A stretch of 64,000 bases of DNA, from the UHGV virus genome UHGV-2113617; one strand, 5' to 3'. The notes below the pieces were generated by a model. It was not told the DNA's origin, did not search any database, and saw only the letters and a program-made list of their open reading frames with translations. Position 1 is the stretch's first letter. Each line of letters begins with the position of its first letter. The DNA is from a virus. Shown piece after piece: positions 50,127 to 61,771 of the stretch. The position numbers and the translations under genes are program-made.

Positions 50127-53100
50127 ATGGCCGAGATTAAAAGAAAGTTCAGAGCAGAAGACGGTCTGGACGCAGGTGGCGATAAAATAATCAACGTAGC
50201 TTTAGCTGATCGTACCGTAGGAACTGACGGTGTTAACGTTGATTACTTAATTCAAGAAAACACAGTTCAACAATATGATCCAACTCGTGGATATTTAAAA
50301 GATTTTGTAATCATTTATAATAATCGTTTTTGGGCAGCAACGGATAATATTCCAAAACCTGCTGGAAGTTTTAATAGAATTCGTTGGAAAGCATTGCGTA
50401 CTGATGCCGTATATACAACCGTATCATCTGGACCGTATCAATTAAAATCCGGAGAAGCAATTTCAGTAGATACATCAGTTGGTAATGACATTGAGTTTAA
50501 TTTACCACCTTCTCCGCTTGATGGAGAAACCGTAATAATTCAAGATATTGGTGGAAAACCTGGTATAAATCAGGTTAAAATAAATTCTTCAAATCAGAGT
50601 ATTATTAATTTTAGAGGTGAACAGGTACGTTCAGTTCTAATGACTCATCCAAAGTCACAAATGATATTCATTTTTAATAATCGTTTGTGGCAAATGTATG
50701 TTGCTGATTATAGCAGAGAAGCTGCGATTGTTACTCCATCGACTGCATATCAAGCACAATCTAATGATTTTATCGTGCGTAGATTTACTTCCGCTGCGCC
50801 GATTAATATTAAACTTCCGAGATTTGCTAATCATGGCGATATTATTAATTTCGTTGATTTAGATAAATTAAATCCACTTTATCATACAATTGTCACGACA
50901 TATGATGAAACGACTTCAGTACAAGAAGTTGGAACTCATTCTATTGAAGGCCGTACATCGATTGACGGTTTCTTGATGTTTGATGATAATGAAAAATTGT
51001 GGAGATTGTTTGACGGGGATAGTAAAGCACGTTTACGCATTATAACAACTAATTCTAATATTCGTCCAAATGAAGAAGTTATGGTATTTGGTGCGAATAA
51101 CGGAACAACCCAAACAATTGAACTTCAGCTTCCAACCGATATTTCCATTGGTGATACTGTTAAAATTTCCATGAATTACATGAGAAAAGGACAAACAGTT
51201 AAAATCAAAGCTGCCGGTGAAGATAAAATTGCTTCTTCAGTTCAATTGCTGCAATTCCCAAAACGCTCAGAATATCCACCTGAAGCTGAATGGGTGACTG
51301 TCCAAGAATTAGTTTTCAATGGTGAAACTAATTATGTTCCGGTTTTACAACTTGCTTATATAGAAGATTCTGACGGAAAATACTGGGTTGTACAACAAAA
51401 CGTTCCAACAGTTGAAAGAGTTGATTCTTTAAATGATTCTACTAGAGCAAGATTAGGCGTAATTGCTTTAGCTACACAAGCTCAAGCAAATGCTGATTTA
51501 GAAAATTCTCCACAAAAAGAATTAGCAATTACACCAGAAACATTAGCTAATCGTACTGCCACAGAAACTCGTAGAGGTATCGCAAGAATAGCAACTACTG
51601 CTCAAGTGAATCAGAACACCACATTCTCTTTTGCTGATGATATTATCATCACTCCTAAAAAGCTGAATGAAAGAACTGCCACAGAAACTCGTAGAGGCGT
51701 TGCTGAAATTGCCACACAGCAAGAAACTAACGCAGGTACTGATGATACTACAATCATCACTCCTAAAAAGCTTCAAGCTCGTCAAGGTTCTGAATCATTA
51801 TCTGGTATTGTAACCTTTGTATCTACTGCAGGAGCTACTCCAGCTTCTAGTCGTGAATTAAATGGTACAAATGTTTATAATAAAAACACTAATAATTTAG
51901 TTGTTTCGCCTAAAGCTTTGGATCAGTATAAAGCTACTCCAACCCAACAAGGTGCAGTAATTTTAGCAGTTGAAAGTGAAGTAATTGCTGGGCAGAGTCA
52001 AGAAGGATGGGCAAATGCGGTTGTAACGCCAGAAACGTTACATAAAAAGACATCAACTGATGCAAGAATTGGTTTAATTGAAATTGCTACGCAAAGTGAA
52101 GTTAATACAGGAACTGATTATACTCGTGCAGTCACTCCTAAAACTTTAAATGACCGTAAAGCGACTGAAAGTTTAAGTGGTATAGCTGAAATTGCTACAC
52201 AAGTTGAATTCGACGCAGGCGTCGACGATACTCGTATCTCTACACCATTAAAAATTAAAACCAGATTTAATAGTACTGATCGTACTTCTGTTGTTGCTCT
52301 ATCTGGATTAGTTGAATCAGGAACTCTCTGGGACCATTATACCCTTAATATTCTTGAAGCAAATGAGACACAGCGTGGTACACTTCGTGTAGCTACACAA
52401 GTTGAAGCTGCTGCAGGAACATTAGATAATGTTCTAATAACTCCTAAAAAGCTTTTAGGTACTAAATCTACTGAAGCACAGGAAGGCGTTATTAAAGTTG
52501 CAACTCGGTCCGAAACTGTAGCTGGAACGTCAGCAAATACTGCTGTATCCCCAAAAAATTTAAAATGGATTGTGCAGAGTGAACCTACTTGGGCAGCTAC
52601 TACCCTGGTAAGAGGTTTTGTTAAAACTTCATCTGGTTCAATTACATTCGTTGGTAATGATACAGTTGGTTCTACGCAGGACTTAGAACTATATGAGAAA
52701 AATAACTATGCAGTATCACCATATGAATTAAACCGCGTATTAGCAAATTATTTGCCGTTAAAAGCAAAAGCTGTAGATAGTAATTTATTAGATGGTTTAG
52801 ATTCACTCCAGTTCATTCGTAGGGATATTGCGCAGACGGTTAATGGTTCACTAACCTTAACACAGCAAACGAATCTGAGTGCCCCTCTTGTATCATCTAG
52901 TACTGCTACGTTCGGTGGATCAGTTTCGGCAAATAGTACATTAACTATTTCTAATACTGGAACAGCAACTCGTCTGATTTTTGAGAAAGGACCTCAAACT
53001 GGGACGAACCCAGCTCAAACGATGACAGTCAGAGTGTGGGGAAATCAATTCAGCGGTGAATCGGACACAACACGTTCTACTGTATTTGAAGTTAGTGATG

Positions 53101-53996
53101 AAACGTCTAGTCACTTTTATTCTCAGCGCAATAAAACTGGTAATATAACATTTAATATAAACGGTACAGTAACGCCGATAAATGTGAATGCTTCAGGAAC
53201 ATTGAATGCGAATGGCGTTGCAACATTTGGTAGTTCAGTTACTGCTAATGGCGAACTTATCAGTAAATCATCGAATGCTTTCAGAGCAATAAATGGTAAT
53301 TATGGATTCTTTATTCGTAATGATGGTACTAACACCTATTTTATGCTTACTGCATCTGGTGATCAGACCGGTGGATTTAATGGATTACGTCCTTTAACTA
53401 TTAATAATGCATCTGGTCAAGTAACGATTGGTGAAAGCTTAATCATTGCCAAAGGTGCTACTATAAGTTCAGGTGGTTTAACTGTTAACTCGAGAATTCG
53501 TTCTCAGGGTACTAAAACTGCTGACCTATACACCCGTGCGCCAACATCTGATACTGTAGGATTCTGGTCAATCGATATTAATGATTCAGCCACTTATAAC
53601 CAGTTCCCGGGTTATTTTAAGATGGTTGAAAAAACTAATGAAGTGACTGGGCTTCCATACTTAGAACGTGGCGAAGAAGTTAAATCTCCTGGTACATTGA
53701 CTCAGTTTGGTAACACGCTTGATTCGCTTTACCAAGATTGGATTACTTATCCAACGACTCCAGAAGCACGTACCACTCGCTGGACACGTACATGGCAGAA
53801 AACTAAAAACTCTTGGTCAAGTTTTGTTCAGGTATTTGACGGAGGTAACCCTCCTCAACCTTCAGATATAGGAGCGATCCCATCTGATAATGGAATAATA
53901 GGTAATCTTACTATTCGCGATTTCTTGCGAATTGGTAATGTTCGCATTATTCCTGACCCAGTGAATAAAACTGTTAAATTTGAGTGGATTGAATAA
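50127..53996 (+). CDS. 34: long tail fibre proximal subunit gp34
   Basis: 1289 aa, same as T4 gp34; internal repeated motifs (TPKKL..R.ATE..RG...IAT). Confidence 0.95.
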   Translation: MAEIKRKFRAEDGLDAGGDKIINVALADRTVGTDGVNVDYLIQENTVQQYDPTRGYLKDFVIIYNNRFWAATDNIPKPAGSFNRIRWKALRTDAVYTTVSSGPYQLKSGEAISVDTSVGNDIEFNLPPSPLDGETVIIQDIGGKPGINQVKINSSNQSIINFRGEQVRSVLMTHPKSQMIFIFNNRLWQMYVADYSREAAIVTPSTAYQAQSNDFIVRRFTSAAPINIKLPRFANHGDIINFVDLDKLNPLYHTIVTTYDETTSVQEVGTHSIEGRTSIDGFLMFDDNEKLWRLFDGDSKARLRIITTNSNIRPNEEVMVFGANNGTTQTIELQLPTDISIGDTVKISMNYMRKGQTVKIKAAGEDKIASSVQLLQFPKRSEYPPEAEWVTVQELVFNGETNYVPVLQLAYIEDSDGKYWVVQQNVPTVERVDSLNDSTRARLGVIALATQAQANADLENSPQKELAITPETLANRTATETRRGIARIATTAQVNQNTTFSFADDIIITPKKLNERTATETRRGVAEIATQQETNAGTDDTTIITPKKLQARQGSESLSGIVTFVSTAGATPASSRELNGTNVYNKNTNNLVVSPKALDQYKATPTQQGAVILAVESEVIAGQSQEGWANAVVTPETLHKKTSTDARIGLIEIATQSEVNTGTDYTRAVTPKTLNDRKATESLSGIAEIATQVEFDAGVDDTRISTPLKIKTRFNSTDRTSVVALSGLVESGTLWDHYTLNILEANETQRGTLRVATQVEAAAGTLDNVLITPKKLLGTKSTEAQEGVIKVATRSETVAGTSANTAVSPKNLKWIVQSEPTWAATTLVRGFVKTSSGSITFVGNDTVGSTQDLELYEKNNYAVSPYELNRVLANYLPLKAKAVDSNLLDGLDSLQFIRRDIAQTVNGSLTLTQQTNLSAPLVSSSTATFGGSVSANSTLTISNTGTATRLIFEKGPQTGTNPAQTMTVRVWGNQFSGESDTTRSTVFEVSDETSSHFYSQRNKTGNITFNINGTVTPINVNASGTLNANGVATFGSSVTANGELISKSSNAFRAINGNYGFFIRNDGTNTYFMLTASGDQTGGFNGLRPLTINNASGQVTIGESLIIAKGATISSGGLTVNSRIRSQGTKTADLYTRAPTSDTVGFWSIDINDSATYNQFPGYFKMVEKTNEVTGLPYLERGEEVKSPGTLTQFGNTLDSLYQDWITYPTTPEARTTRWTRTWQKTKNSWSSFVQVFDGGNPPQPSDIGAIPSDNGIIGNLTIRDFLRIGNVRIIPDPVNKTVKFEWIE
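51525..52560 (+). repeat. degenerate tandem repeats within gene 34
   Basis: Repeated ~40 aa motif ITPKKLNERTATETRRGVAEIATQ... at least 6 times; DNA-level similarity between copies. Confidence 0.6.
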
Positions 53997-54004
53997 GAGG
54001 TATT

Positions 54005-55120
54005 ATGGAAAAATTTATGGCAGAGTTTGGACAAGGATATGTCCAAACGCCATTTTTATCGGAAAGCAATTCAGTAAGATATAAAATAAGCATAGCGGGT
54101 TCTTGCCCGCTTTCTACAGCAGGACCATATGTTAAATTTCAGGATAATCCTATCGGAAGTCAAACGTTCGACGCAGGTCTTCATTTAAGAGTTTTTGACC
54201 CTTCTACAGGAGCATTAGTTGATAGTAAGTCATATGCTTTTTCTACTTCAAATAATACTACATCAGCTGCTTTTGTTAGTTTCATGAATTCTTTGTCAAA
54301 CAATAGACTTGTTGCTATATTAACTAGTGGAAAGGTTAATTTTCCTCCTGAAGTGGTATCTTGGTTAAGGGGAGCAGGAACTTCAGTTTTTCCATCAGAT
54401 TCCGTATTGTCAAGATTTGACGTATCATATGCTGCTTTTTATACTTCTTCTAAAAGAGCTATTGCATTAGAGCATGTTAAACTAAGTAATAGAAAAAGCA
54501 CAGATGATTATCAAACTATTTTAGATGTTGTATTTGATAGTTTAGAAGACGTCGGAGCTACGGGATTTCCTAAAAGAACATATGAAAGTGTCGAGCAATT
54601 TATGTCAGCGGTTGGTGGAACTAATAACGAAATTGCGCGATTACCAACTTCAGCTGCTATAAGTAAACTATCTGATTATAATTTAATTCCTGGTGATGTT
54701 CTTTATCTTAAAGCACAGTTATATGCTGATGCTGATTTACTTGATCTTGGAACTACAAATATATCCATTCGTTTTTATGATGCATCAAATGGATATATTT
54801 CTTCAACACAGGCTGAGTTTACTGGACAAGCTGGATCTTGGGAATTAAAGGAAGATTATGTAGTTGTTCCTGAAAATGCAGTCGGATTTACTATATATGC
54901 GCAGAGAACTGCTCAAGCTGGTCAAGGCGGTATGAGGAATTTAAGTTTTTCTGAAGTGTCAAGAAATGGTGGCATTTCAAAACCTGCCGAATTTGGCGTC
55001 AACGGTATTCGTGTTAATTATGTCTGTGAATCGGCTTCACCTCCAGATATAATGGTACTTCCTACACAAGCCTCTTCTAAAACTGGCAAAGTGTTTGGGC
55101 AAGAATTTAGAGAAGTTTAA
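54005..55120 (+). CDS. 35: long tail fibre hinge connector gp35
   Basis: 371 aa (T4 372 aa). Confidence 0.85.
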   Translation: MEKFMAEFGQGYVQTPFLSESNSVRYKISIAGSCPLSTAGPYVKFQDNPIGSQTFDAGLHLRVFDPSTGALVDSKSYAFSTSNNTTSAAFVSFMNSLSNNRLVAILTSGKVNFPPEVVSWLRGAGTSVFPSDSVLSRFDVSYAAFYTSSKRAIALEHVKLSNRKSTDDYQTILDVVFDSLEDVGATGFPKRTYESVEQFMSAVGGTNNEIARLPTSAAISKLSDYNLIPGDVLYLKAQLYADADLLDLGTTNISIRFYDASNGYISSTQAEFTGQAGSWELKEDYVVVPENAVGFTIYAQRTAQAGQGGMRNLSFSEVSRNGGISKPAEFGVNGIRVNYVCESASPPDIMVLPTQASSKTGKVFGQEFREV

Positions 55121-55125
55121 ACTGA

Positions 55126-55150
55126 GGGAGCCTTCGGGTTCCCTTTTTCT
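55126..55150 (+). terminator. intrinsic terminator after gene 35
   Basis: GGGAGCC-TTCG-GGTTCCC hairpin followed by TTTTTCTTT. Confidence 0.7.
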
Positions 55151-55151
55151 T

Positions 55152-55159
55152 TATAAATA
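55152..55159 (+). promoter_or_regulatory. late promoter (TATAAATA) for genes 36-37-38
   Basis: Exact TATAAATA directly after the terminator, about 24 nt upstream of the gp36 ATG. Confidence 0.7.
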
Positions 55160-55182
55160 ATATTAAAATAAAGGGGCATATA

Positions 55183-55872
55183 ATGGCTGATTTAAAAGTA
55201 GGTTCAACTGTAGGTGGATCTGTCATTTGGCATCAAGGAAATTTTCCATTGAATTCAGCCGGTGACGATGTACTCTACAAATCATTTAAAATATATTCAG
55301 AATATAATAAACCGCAGGCAGCTGATAACGATTTCGTTTCTAAAGCTAATGGTGGCACAAAGTCTGGAGGTTTCCAAAAAGAAGTAGAATTTAAAGAAGG
55401 CGTTAAGATTTCTGCAACGTTTTCTCGTGGTTCAGACCTGAATGGGTTATATTCTGGCAATGGAGATGGAGCTTCCAGAGAAAAAGCTAACATGGATTTA
55501 CATTCATGGTACGGCATTGGTATTTGGAACACATGCACAGGTGATGGGATCCAGGGACGCACAATCTGGTTTAATGCCAGGCGTGGTACAATTGAAACAG
55601 TTGGCGATATTGTTTCGGGCCGACAAGTTATTTCTAATGCTTCAGTACCGACCGGCCCAGCACACTTAACTCGCAAAGATTATGTCGATGGAGCAATAAA
55701 TACTGTTACGACAAATGCAAACTCTAGAGTGTTACGATCTGGTGACACTATGACAGGTAATTTAACTGCGCCAAACCTTTTTTCACAGAATCCTGCATCT
55801 CAACCTTCACACGTTCCACGATTTGACCAAATCGTGATTAAGGATTCTGTTCAAGATTTCGGCTATTATTAA
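55183..55872 (+). CDS. 36: long tail fibre distal connector gp36
   Basis: 229 aa (T4 221 aa); N-terminus [25 protein letters not shown]. Confidence 0.85.
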   Translation: MADLKVGSTVGGSVIWHQGNFPLNSAGDDVLYKSFKIYSEYNKPQAADNDFVSKANGGTKSGGFQKEVEFKEGVKISATFSRGSDLNGLYSGNGDGASREKANMDLHSWYGIGIWNTCTGDGIQGRTIWFNARRGTIETVGDIVSGRQVISNASVPTGPAHLTRKDYVDGAINTVTTNANSRVLRSGDTMTGNLTAPNLFSQNPASQPSHVPRFDQIVIKDSVQDFGYY

Positions 55873-55880
55873 GAGGACTT

Positions 55881-58800
55881 ATGGCTACTTTAAAACAAAT
55901 ACAATTTAAAAGAAGCAAAACTGCAGGTCAACTTCCTGCTGCTTCAGTATTAGCCGAAGGTGAATTGGCTATTAATTTAAAAGATAAAACAATTTTCACA
56001 AAAGATGACTCAGGCGATGTTATAGAATTAGGTTTAAAATATGGAGGAACAATTGATGGTTCTTTAACTGTTAATGGAAATATAATTGGAAATTTAACAG
56101 GTAACGCTGCAACTGCAACGAAATTAAAAACAGCACGAAAAATTAATGGTATATCCTTTGATGGGTCAAAAGATATCACGCTAACTCCATCTGACATAAA
56201 TGTCAATAGCACAACGTTTATAAAAAATAACGGCGAATTACCTGTTGATGCTAATTTAGATACGTATGGGCCTGTTGAAGAATATCTTGGAGTTTGGTCG
56301 AAATCTACTTCAACAAATGCGCAACCGGCAAATAAATTCCCAGAAGAAAATGCCGTAGGTGTACTAGAAGTATTTGTGACCGGTCAATTTGCTGGTACTC
56401 AGAGATATACTGTAAGATCTGGTAACGTATATGTTCGATCATTGTCTGCTAAATGGAACGGTGTTAACGGTCCGTGGGGAGTTTGGCGTAATGTTCAAGC
56501 GTCAACTCGTCCACTTTCACAAACGATTGACCTTGATAGTTTGGGAGAATTAGAACATTGCGGCTTATGGCGAAATAGTTCAAGTTCTATCGCATCGTTT
56601 GACCGTCATTATCCAGAAGAAGGAGCAGCCGCACAAGGATTTTTGGAAATTTTTGAGGGTGGTTTATACACAAGAACTCAACGTTATACAACTAGATTTG
56701 GTGTTGTTTATACTCGCTGTCTTGCTGCTGCATGGGATGCTTCCGCGCCTAAATGGGGACCGTGGCAACAAGTCGGTAATGTCACACCAGCGACTTTCTA
56801 TGACGGAAACCTGAATGATTTTAAAACTCCTGGGTTATATAATATTTTAGGCACTGATGCCGTTATTAATTGTCCTACAGGCGAAGGTTTACCAGCCGTT
56901 ATTGTTGGTTTGCTGGAAGTTAAACAGCGTGCTTCTGGTGGTGCTATTTTCCAAAAATTTACTACTGCCGGAACAGGTGCAACTACTCGCGGACGTATTT
57001 TTGAGCGTGCATATACTAATGGTACTTGGGGTACATGGAACGAAGTATATACATCTTACTCTCTGCCAATTACTTTGGGTATGGGTGGTATTAAAACTCA
57101 ATTAGCGGAGCTAGATTGGCAAACATTTGATTTTGTTCCTGGTAGTATGTTTAGCGTTCCTTTGAACAAAATAAAGAACATGCCAGCAAATATGGATTGG
57201 GGTACAATTGACGGAAACTTGGTTATGTTTTCTGTCGGTCCTAGCGAACATACTAGCACAGGGCGTACTGTTCAGGTTTGGCGTGGTACTGTATCCCAGA
57301 CAAACTACCGTTATTTTGTCGTTCGTGTATTCGGTAATTCAGGAAATAGAACTTGCACAGTTCGTCGCGTTGTTCTTGAAGATGGTCGCCACAAATGGAC
57401 AGCGCAACAAGATTTTAATGGCGCAGTTAACTTCGGTGCTCCTACCAATTTTAACTCTACTGTTAACCTTAATAACACTACCACTTTTAAAACAGAAGTT
57501 AAATTTCGCTCATTGAATGCATTCCGTATGTATGGCGGAAAATTTGGTACAATTTTCCGTAATGATGGAGAGAGTCTTTATATTCTTTCTACCGACGAAG
57601 ATGACCAAGATGGAAACTTTAATACAAATAGACCTTTCCGTTATGAATTAAGAACTGGCGATGTTACTTTAGGTGGTGCTAGTGGTGCTAACGTTTTAAA
57701 ATTAAAACGTGATTCTCTCACCGCATTTTTTGGCGGTGATATTAACATGAAAGGCTTGCTGACTTTTGATGCCGGACGTTTAGGATCACGAGATTATTTT
57801 AAATTTAACCATTGGGGTGATAGTAATAATGCTCGTGATAACATCATCCAGTTAGAAGATAGTCAAGGCGCCCATTTTTCCACTGAACGTACTTTAGCGA
57901 CAGGTGCAATTAAAACTCGTTTCTTTGGCGAAACATTCACTGATGGTACATTATACCTAAATCAGATGAATAATAGCTCTGAACGATTCTCTATTAATAA
58001 TTGGGGAAATTCAGAAGTTGGTCGCGAGGCAGTGATGGAAGTCGGTGATTCCAAAGGTTATCACTTCTTTACTGCACGCAGGACAGATAACAGTTTGATG
58101 TTTGATGTTGCTGGCGATTTTACTGTGCATGGATCTTCCGGGATTACTATCAAAACCTCTACTGGTGCTCGCCACATCTGGTTTAGAGATGATAGCGAAT
58201 CGGAAAAGGCTGTTATCTGGGCTACAGATGATGGTATTTTACATATGCGAAATAATCATGGGGGTTCATTTAGTCATCACTTCCAGGGTGCAATGATTAA
58301 AGTGGGAGAGCGTGTTCCTTATGCCGGAGATCGAGGGCTTATTCGCGGTGAAGTTTCTGGTGGTGCTTATGTGAATTGGAGAGATCGCCCTGCTGGTTTG
58401 TTGCTTGACTGTCAACAAAGCGTTGATAGTGCTCATGCTATTTGGAAAGCGGTTGATTGGGGGCGTAACTACATCGCTGCTCTGGACGTTCATTGTCCCG
58501 GTGATAGTAATAATACTGCGGCAGCGGTTCTTCATGTTCAGGGTGCTGATTATCAATTCCATGCAAGTGGAGAATTTCATGCCACTGGTAACGGAAACTT
58601 TAACGATGTTTATATTCGTTCCGATCGTCGCCTCAAAGAAAACATCGAAGATTATATAGGAAATGCAACTGATTTAATCGGTAAACTGAAAGTTAAAACC
58701 TACGATAAAGTTAAATCATTATCCGACCGTGAAATTATCGGTCATGAGATCGGCATTATCGCGCAGGATTTACAAGAAATATTACCAGAAGCGATTAATA

Positions 58801-58973
58801 TTTCGAAAATTGGCAATCTTGATAAACCAGACGAAGTTCTGACAATTTCTAACTCCGCTGTGAATGCTCTTTTAATTAAGGCCATTCAGGAAATGAGTGA
58901 AGAAATTAAAGAATTAAAAACGCCTTTCTTCACTAAAATTGCTCGCAAAATTGGTAAATACTTTAAATTCTAA
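55881..58973 (+). CDS. 37: long tail fibre distal subunit gp37
   Basis: 1030 aa (T4 1026 aa); conserved N-terminus [35 protein letters not shown]. Confidence 0.9.
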   Translation: MATLKQIQFKRSKTAGQLPAASVLAEGELAINLKDKTIFTKDDSGDVIELGLKYGGTIDGSLTVNGNIIGNLTGNAATATKLKTARKINGISFDGSKDITLTPSDINVNSTTFIKNNGELPVDANLDTYGPVEEYLGVWSKSTSTNAQPANKFPEENAVGVLEVFVTGQFAGTQRYTVRSGNVYVRSLSAKWNGVNGPWGVWRNVQASTRPLSQTIDLDSLGELEHCGLWRNSSSSIASFDRHYPEEGAAAQGFLEIFEGGLYTRTQRYTTRFGVVYTRCLAAAWDASAPKWGPWQQVGNVTPATFYDGNLNDFKTPGLYNILGTDAVINCPTGEGLPAVIVGLLEVKQRASGGAIFQKFTTAGTGATTRGRIFERAYTNGTWGTWNEVYTSYSLPITLGMGGIKTQLAELDWQTFDFVPGSMFSVPLNKIKNMPANMDWGTIDGNLVMFSVGPSEHTSTGRTVQVWRGTVSQTNYRYFVVRVFGNSGNRTCTVRRVVLEDGRHKWTAQQDFNGAVNFGAPTNFNSTVNLNNTTTFKTEVKFRSLNAFRMYGGKFGTIFRNDGESLYILSTDEDDQDGNFNTNRPFRYELRTGDVTLGGASGANVLKLKRDSLTAFFGGDINMKGLLTFDAGRLGSRDYFKFNHWGDSNNARDNIIQLEDSQGAHFSTERTLATGAIKTRFFGETFTDGTLYLNQMNNSSERFSINNWGNSEVGREAVMEVGDSKGYHFFTARRTDNSLMFDVAGDFTVHGSSGITIKTSTGARHIWFRDDSESEKAVIWATDDGILHMRNNHGGSFSHHFQGAMIKVGERVPYAGDRGLIRGEVSGGAYVNWRDRPAGLLLDCQQSVDSAHAIWKAVDWGRNYIAALDVHCPGDSNNTAAAVLHVQGADYQFHASGEFHATGNGNFNDVYIRSDRRLKENIEDYIGNATDLIGKLKVKTYDKVKSLSDREIIGHEIGIIAQDLQEILPEAINISKIGNLDKPDEVLTISNSAVNALLIKAIQEMSEEIKELKTPFFTKIARKIGKYFKF

Positions 58974-59006
58974 TAACAAGGGGCAATGCCCCTTTGGAGA
59001 TAAATT

Positions 59007-59789
59007 ATGGCAGTAGTTGGTGTTCCTGGTTGGATTGGTAGTTCATCCGTAAATGAAACAGGACAACGATGGATGAGTCAAGCGGCTGGTCAATTAAGAT
59101 TAGGTGTTCCTTGCTGGATGAGTCAATTTGCAGGTCGCTCAAGAGAAATTATTCATACACTTGGAGCAGATCATAACTTCAATGGTCAATGGTTCCGAGA
59201 TAGGTGTTTTGAGGCAGGTAGTACACCTATAGTGTTTAATATCACTGGAGATTTAGTATCATATTCTAAAGATGTTCCTTTATTCTTCATGTACGGAGAT
59301 ACACCGAATGAATATGTTCAACTGAATATACATGGTGTAACGATGTATGGCCGTGGCGGTAATGGCGGTAGCAATAGTCCTGGCTCAGCTGGGGGTCATT
59401 GTATTCAAAATGATATTGGTGGGAGACTAAGAATTAATAATGGCGGAGCTATTGCTGGCGGCGGTGGCGGCGGCGGTGGCGGATATTATTCTCCTTTTTC
59501 ACAAATGAGATTGACCTTTGGCGGTGGTGGCGGTCGTCCGTTTGGCGCGCCGGGCGGATCTATTGATATGCAATCAGGAGCAACTGCTGGTACTATTTCT
59601 GCACCAGGCTCAGGGTCTGTGAACGGTATCTATAGCGGCGGGTCTGGTGGTGAAGTTGGCTCCGCAGGAGGTAGATGTAATATTCGTGGTCAAGGATATG
59701 AATACGATGGCGGTGCTGCTGGTTATGCCGTCATAGGGTCTACACCGACATGGCAAAACGTTGGAGCAATATATGGTCCAAGAGTATAA
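59007..59789 (+). CDS. 38: T2-type tail fibre tip adhesin gp38 with glycine-rich motifs
   Basis: 260 aa with poly-Gly blocks ([24 protein letters not shown]); differs from the 183 aa T4 gp38 chaperone type. Confidence 0.75.
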   Translation: MAVVGVPGWIGSSSVNETGQRWMSQAAGQLRLGVPCWMSQFAGRSREIIHTLGADHNFNGQWFRDRCFEAGSTPIVFNITGDLVSYSKDVPLFFMYGDTPNEYVQLNIHGVTMYGRGGNGGSNSPGSAGGHCIQNDIGGRLRINNGGAIAGGGGGGGGGYYSPFSQMRLTFGGGGGRPFGAPGGSIDMQSGATAGTISAPGSGSVNGIYSGGSGGEVGSAGGRCNIRGQGYEYDGGAAGYAVIGSTPTWQNVGAIYGPRV

Positions 59790-59819
59790 TTTGAATAAAT
59801 ATCCTTAAAAGGAGGGTCT

Positions 59820-60476
59820 ATGGCAGCACCTAGAATATCATTTTCGCCCTCTGATATTCTGTTGGGTGTTCTAGATCGCTTGTTCAAAGATAACGCTACC
59901 GGGAATGTTCTTGCTTCCCGGGTAGCTGTCGTAATTCTTTTATTTATGATGGCGATTGTTTGGTATAGGGGAGATAGTTTCTTTGAGTACTATAAGCAAT
60001 CAAAGTATGAAACATACAGTGAAATTATTGAAAAGGAAAGAAATGCACGCTTTGAATCTGTCGCCCTGGAACAACTCCAGATAGTTCATATATCATCTGA
60101 GGCAGACTTTAGTGCGGTGTATTCTTTCCGCCCTAAAAACTTAAACTATTTTGTTGATATTATAGCATATGAAGGAAAATTACCTTCAACAATAAGTGAA
60201 AAAACACTTGGAGGATATCCTGTTGATAAAACTATGGATGAATATACAGTTCATTTAAATGGACGTCATTATTATTCCGACTCAAAATTTGCTTTTTTAC
60301 CAACTAAAAAGCCTACTCCCGAAATAAATTACATGTACAGTTGTCCATATTTCAATTTGGATAATATCTATGCTGGAACAATAACCATGTACTGGTATAG
60401 AAATGATCATATAAGTAATGACCGCCTTGAATCAATATGTGCTCAGGCGGCCAGAATATTAGGAAGGGCTAAATAA
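59820..60476 (+). CDS. t: holin T
   Basis: 218 aa, single N-terminal TM segment (VAVVILLFMMAIVWY), same as T4 T. Confidence 0.85.
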   Translation: MAAPRISFSPSDILLGVLDRLFKDNATGNVLASRVAVVILLFMMAIVWYRGDSFFEYYKQSKYETYSEIIEKERNARFESVALEQLQIVHISSEADFSAVYSFRPKNLNYFVDIIAYEGKLPSTISEKTLGGYPVDKTMDEYTVHLNGRHYYSDSKFAFLPTKKPTPEINYMYSCPYFNLDNIYAGTITMYWYRNDHISNDRLESICAQAARILGRAK

Positions 60477-60749
60477 TTATTTGTTCGTATACATCTCTAG
60501 ATATCGATATACACCCTCAAAACCCTCGTTGAATTCGTCGATGAGGGTTTTCTTATCTTCTTGAGTTAATTCAGAAACAATTTTACGGAATGAATTCTGA
60601 TTTAACTTTCTACCTTCATGCGTTACTCCAATCTCATTCAGAAATGCAATAAAATTAGCACGATTCTCAACAATATCTTCTCTGGAAAATTTAATCAAAA
60701 TAGACGCAACAGTAATAATTTCACGAACTGTATCAATGTTTTTATTCAT
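60477..60749 (-). CDS. asiA: anti-sigma70 factor AsiA
   Basis: 90 aa, matches T4 AsiA in length and position. Confidence 0.85.
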   Translation of the reverse strand: MNKNIDTVREIITVASILIKFSREDIVENRANFIAFLNEIGVTHEGRKLNQNSFRKIVSELTQEDKKTLIDEFNEGFEGVYRYLEMYTNK

Positions 60750-60761
60750 TAACTATACCAC

Positions 60762-60914
60762 TCAATTAGCTGACTTTATTATAATATCATCAGACACTTG
60801 ATTTGTAAACTGGTCTGTGTTATTTTCTTCAAAAATTTTTTCTACGAATTCCTTGAACGACTCACGTTCCTGAGCTACATTATGCTCGATTACCTTTTCA
60901 AGATTATGACTCAT
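60762..60914 (-). CDS. small hypothetical protein (not in ORF track)
   Basis: 50 aa ORF MSHNLEKVIEHN..., ATG overlaps upstream stop (ATGA). Confidence 0.35.
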   Translation of the reverse strand: MSHNLEKVIEHNVAQERESFKEFVEKIFEENNTDQFTNQVSDDIIIKSAN

Positions 60915-61189
60915 TCGAAATAATCTTCAATTTCGTAATCATGGACATAAAACATTATAGTTTTTAATACATCATCAATACTTTTTCCTGGAGCTGGAAT
61001 TACGTAAAAATATCCCGCCTTTGAGTTATCTTTATAAGTTCCAATCAAGAAATCGTTATTATTGCGATGTAGTTCTTCAATTAATTCATTAACAATTAAG
61101 CGGTATAAATTTGGTAAAAACTTATATAGCTTTTCTAGAATATCAATTTTGATTGTGTATTGAACCACAGATTGAGAATCAATAATCAT
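60911..61189 (-). CDS. arn: anti-restriction nuclease Arn
   Basis: 92 aa acidic protein, same length and position as T4 Arn. Confidence 0.55.
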   Translation of the reverse strand: MIIDSQSVVQYTIKIDILEKLYKFLPNLYRLIVNELIEELHRNNNDFLIGTYKDNSKAGYFYVIPAPGKSIDDVLKTIMFYVHDYEIEDYFE

Positions 61190-61272
61190 AGACCTTCCCT
61201 TTATGTTTCTGTTTGCGATTAGATTCTTTAAACGCTTTCTTCTTATCTTTATGAACAGAAGCTTTATTAAAA

Positions 61273-61491
61273 TTATGTTTTGCGACTAAATTGTTCATAG
61301 TGCTGAATTACCTCTCTTAAACATTTGCATGTGAATGAAAACTTTTTAGCTACACCACATTCAAATATATGTTCTCTTAAATCACGTGTGTCAGTATATC
61401 CCATCTCAACAATAAAATGCCGTATTAGATTTTTATCTTTATCATTGAGAGAGTTAAAATAATCGGATTTTGAATTAATTTCCCTGGCCAA
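61273..61491 (-). CDS. hypothetical protein (arn.1-like)
   Basis: 72 aa ORF. Confidence 0.5.
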   Translation of the reverse strand: MAREINSKSDYFNSLNDKDKNLIRHFIVEMGYTDTRDLREHIFECGVAKKFSFTCKCLREVIQHYEQFSRKT

Positions 61492-61771
61492 ATTGAATCA
61501 CCTTCAGTTGACGTTTTAGCTCTTTTATCATCTCTTCGTTCATCGCAATATAAAGATCACGTAAAGCAGGTTTTAGCATTCCATTTATTGGGGAACTAAA
61601 TGGACATACATAATCTTTTCCTACGAGCTTTTTAGTGAATTCCATGTCACAAAACTGAAATGCAGGTTCATTAGCATAAATTCCCCACTTGGTTGACATC
61701 ATTTTATTGGCATATTCCAATGCTTGGATTTGATTAGTAATTCCATCAATTTGAAACTTTTTAATATTCAT
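61475..61771 (-). CDS. hypothetical protein (arn.2-like)
   Basis: 98 aa ORF. Confidence 0.5.
   Translation of the reverse strand: MNIKKFQIDGITNQIQALEYANKMMSTKWGIYANEPAFQFCDMEFTKKLVGKDYVCPFSSPINGMLKPALRDLYIAMNEEMIKELKRQLKVIQFGQGN

Noticed and set aside
51543-51785. 80 aa minus-strand ORF inside gene 34
   Set aside because: Lies entirely antisense within the 1289 aa gp34 coding region, Cys/Ser-rich low-complexity translation of a repeat region; no RBS; spurious.
59440-59560. GGC/GGT-rich simple-sequence tract that could look like a repeat array or CRISPR-like region
   Set aside because: It is in-frame coding sequence for the poly-glycine motifs of gp38; no spacer-repeat periodicity.
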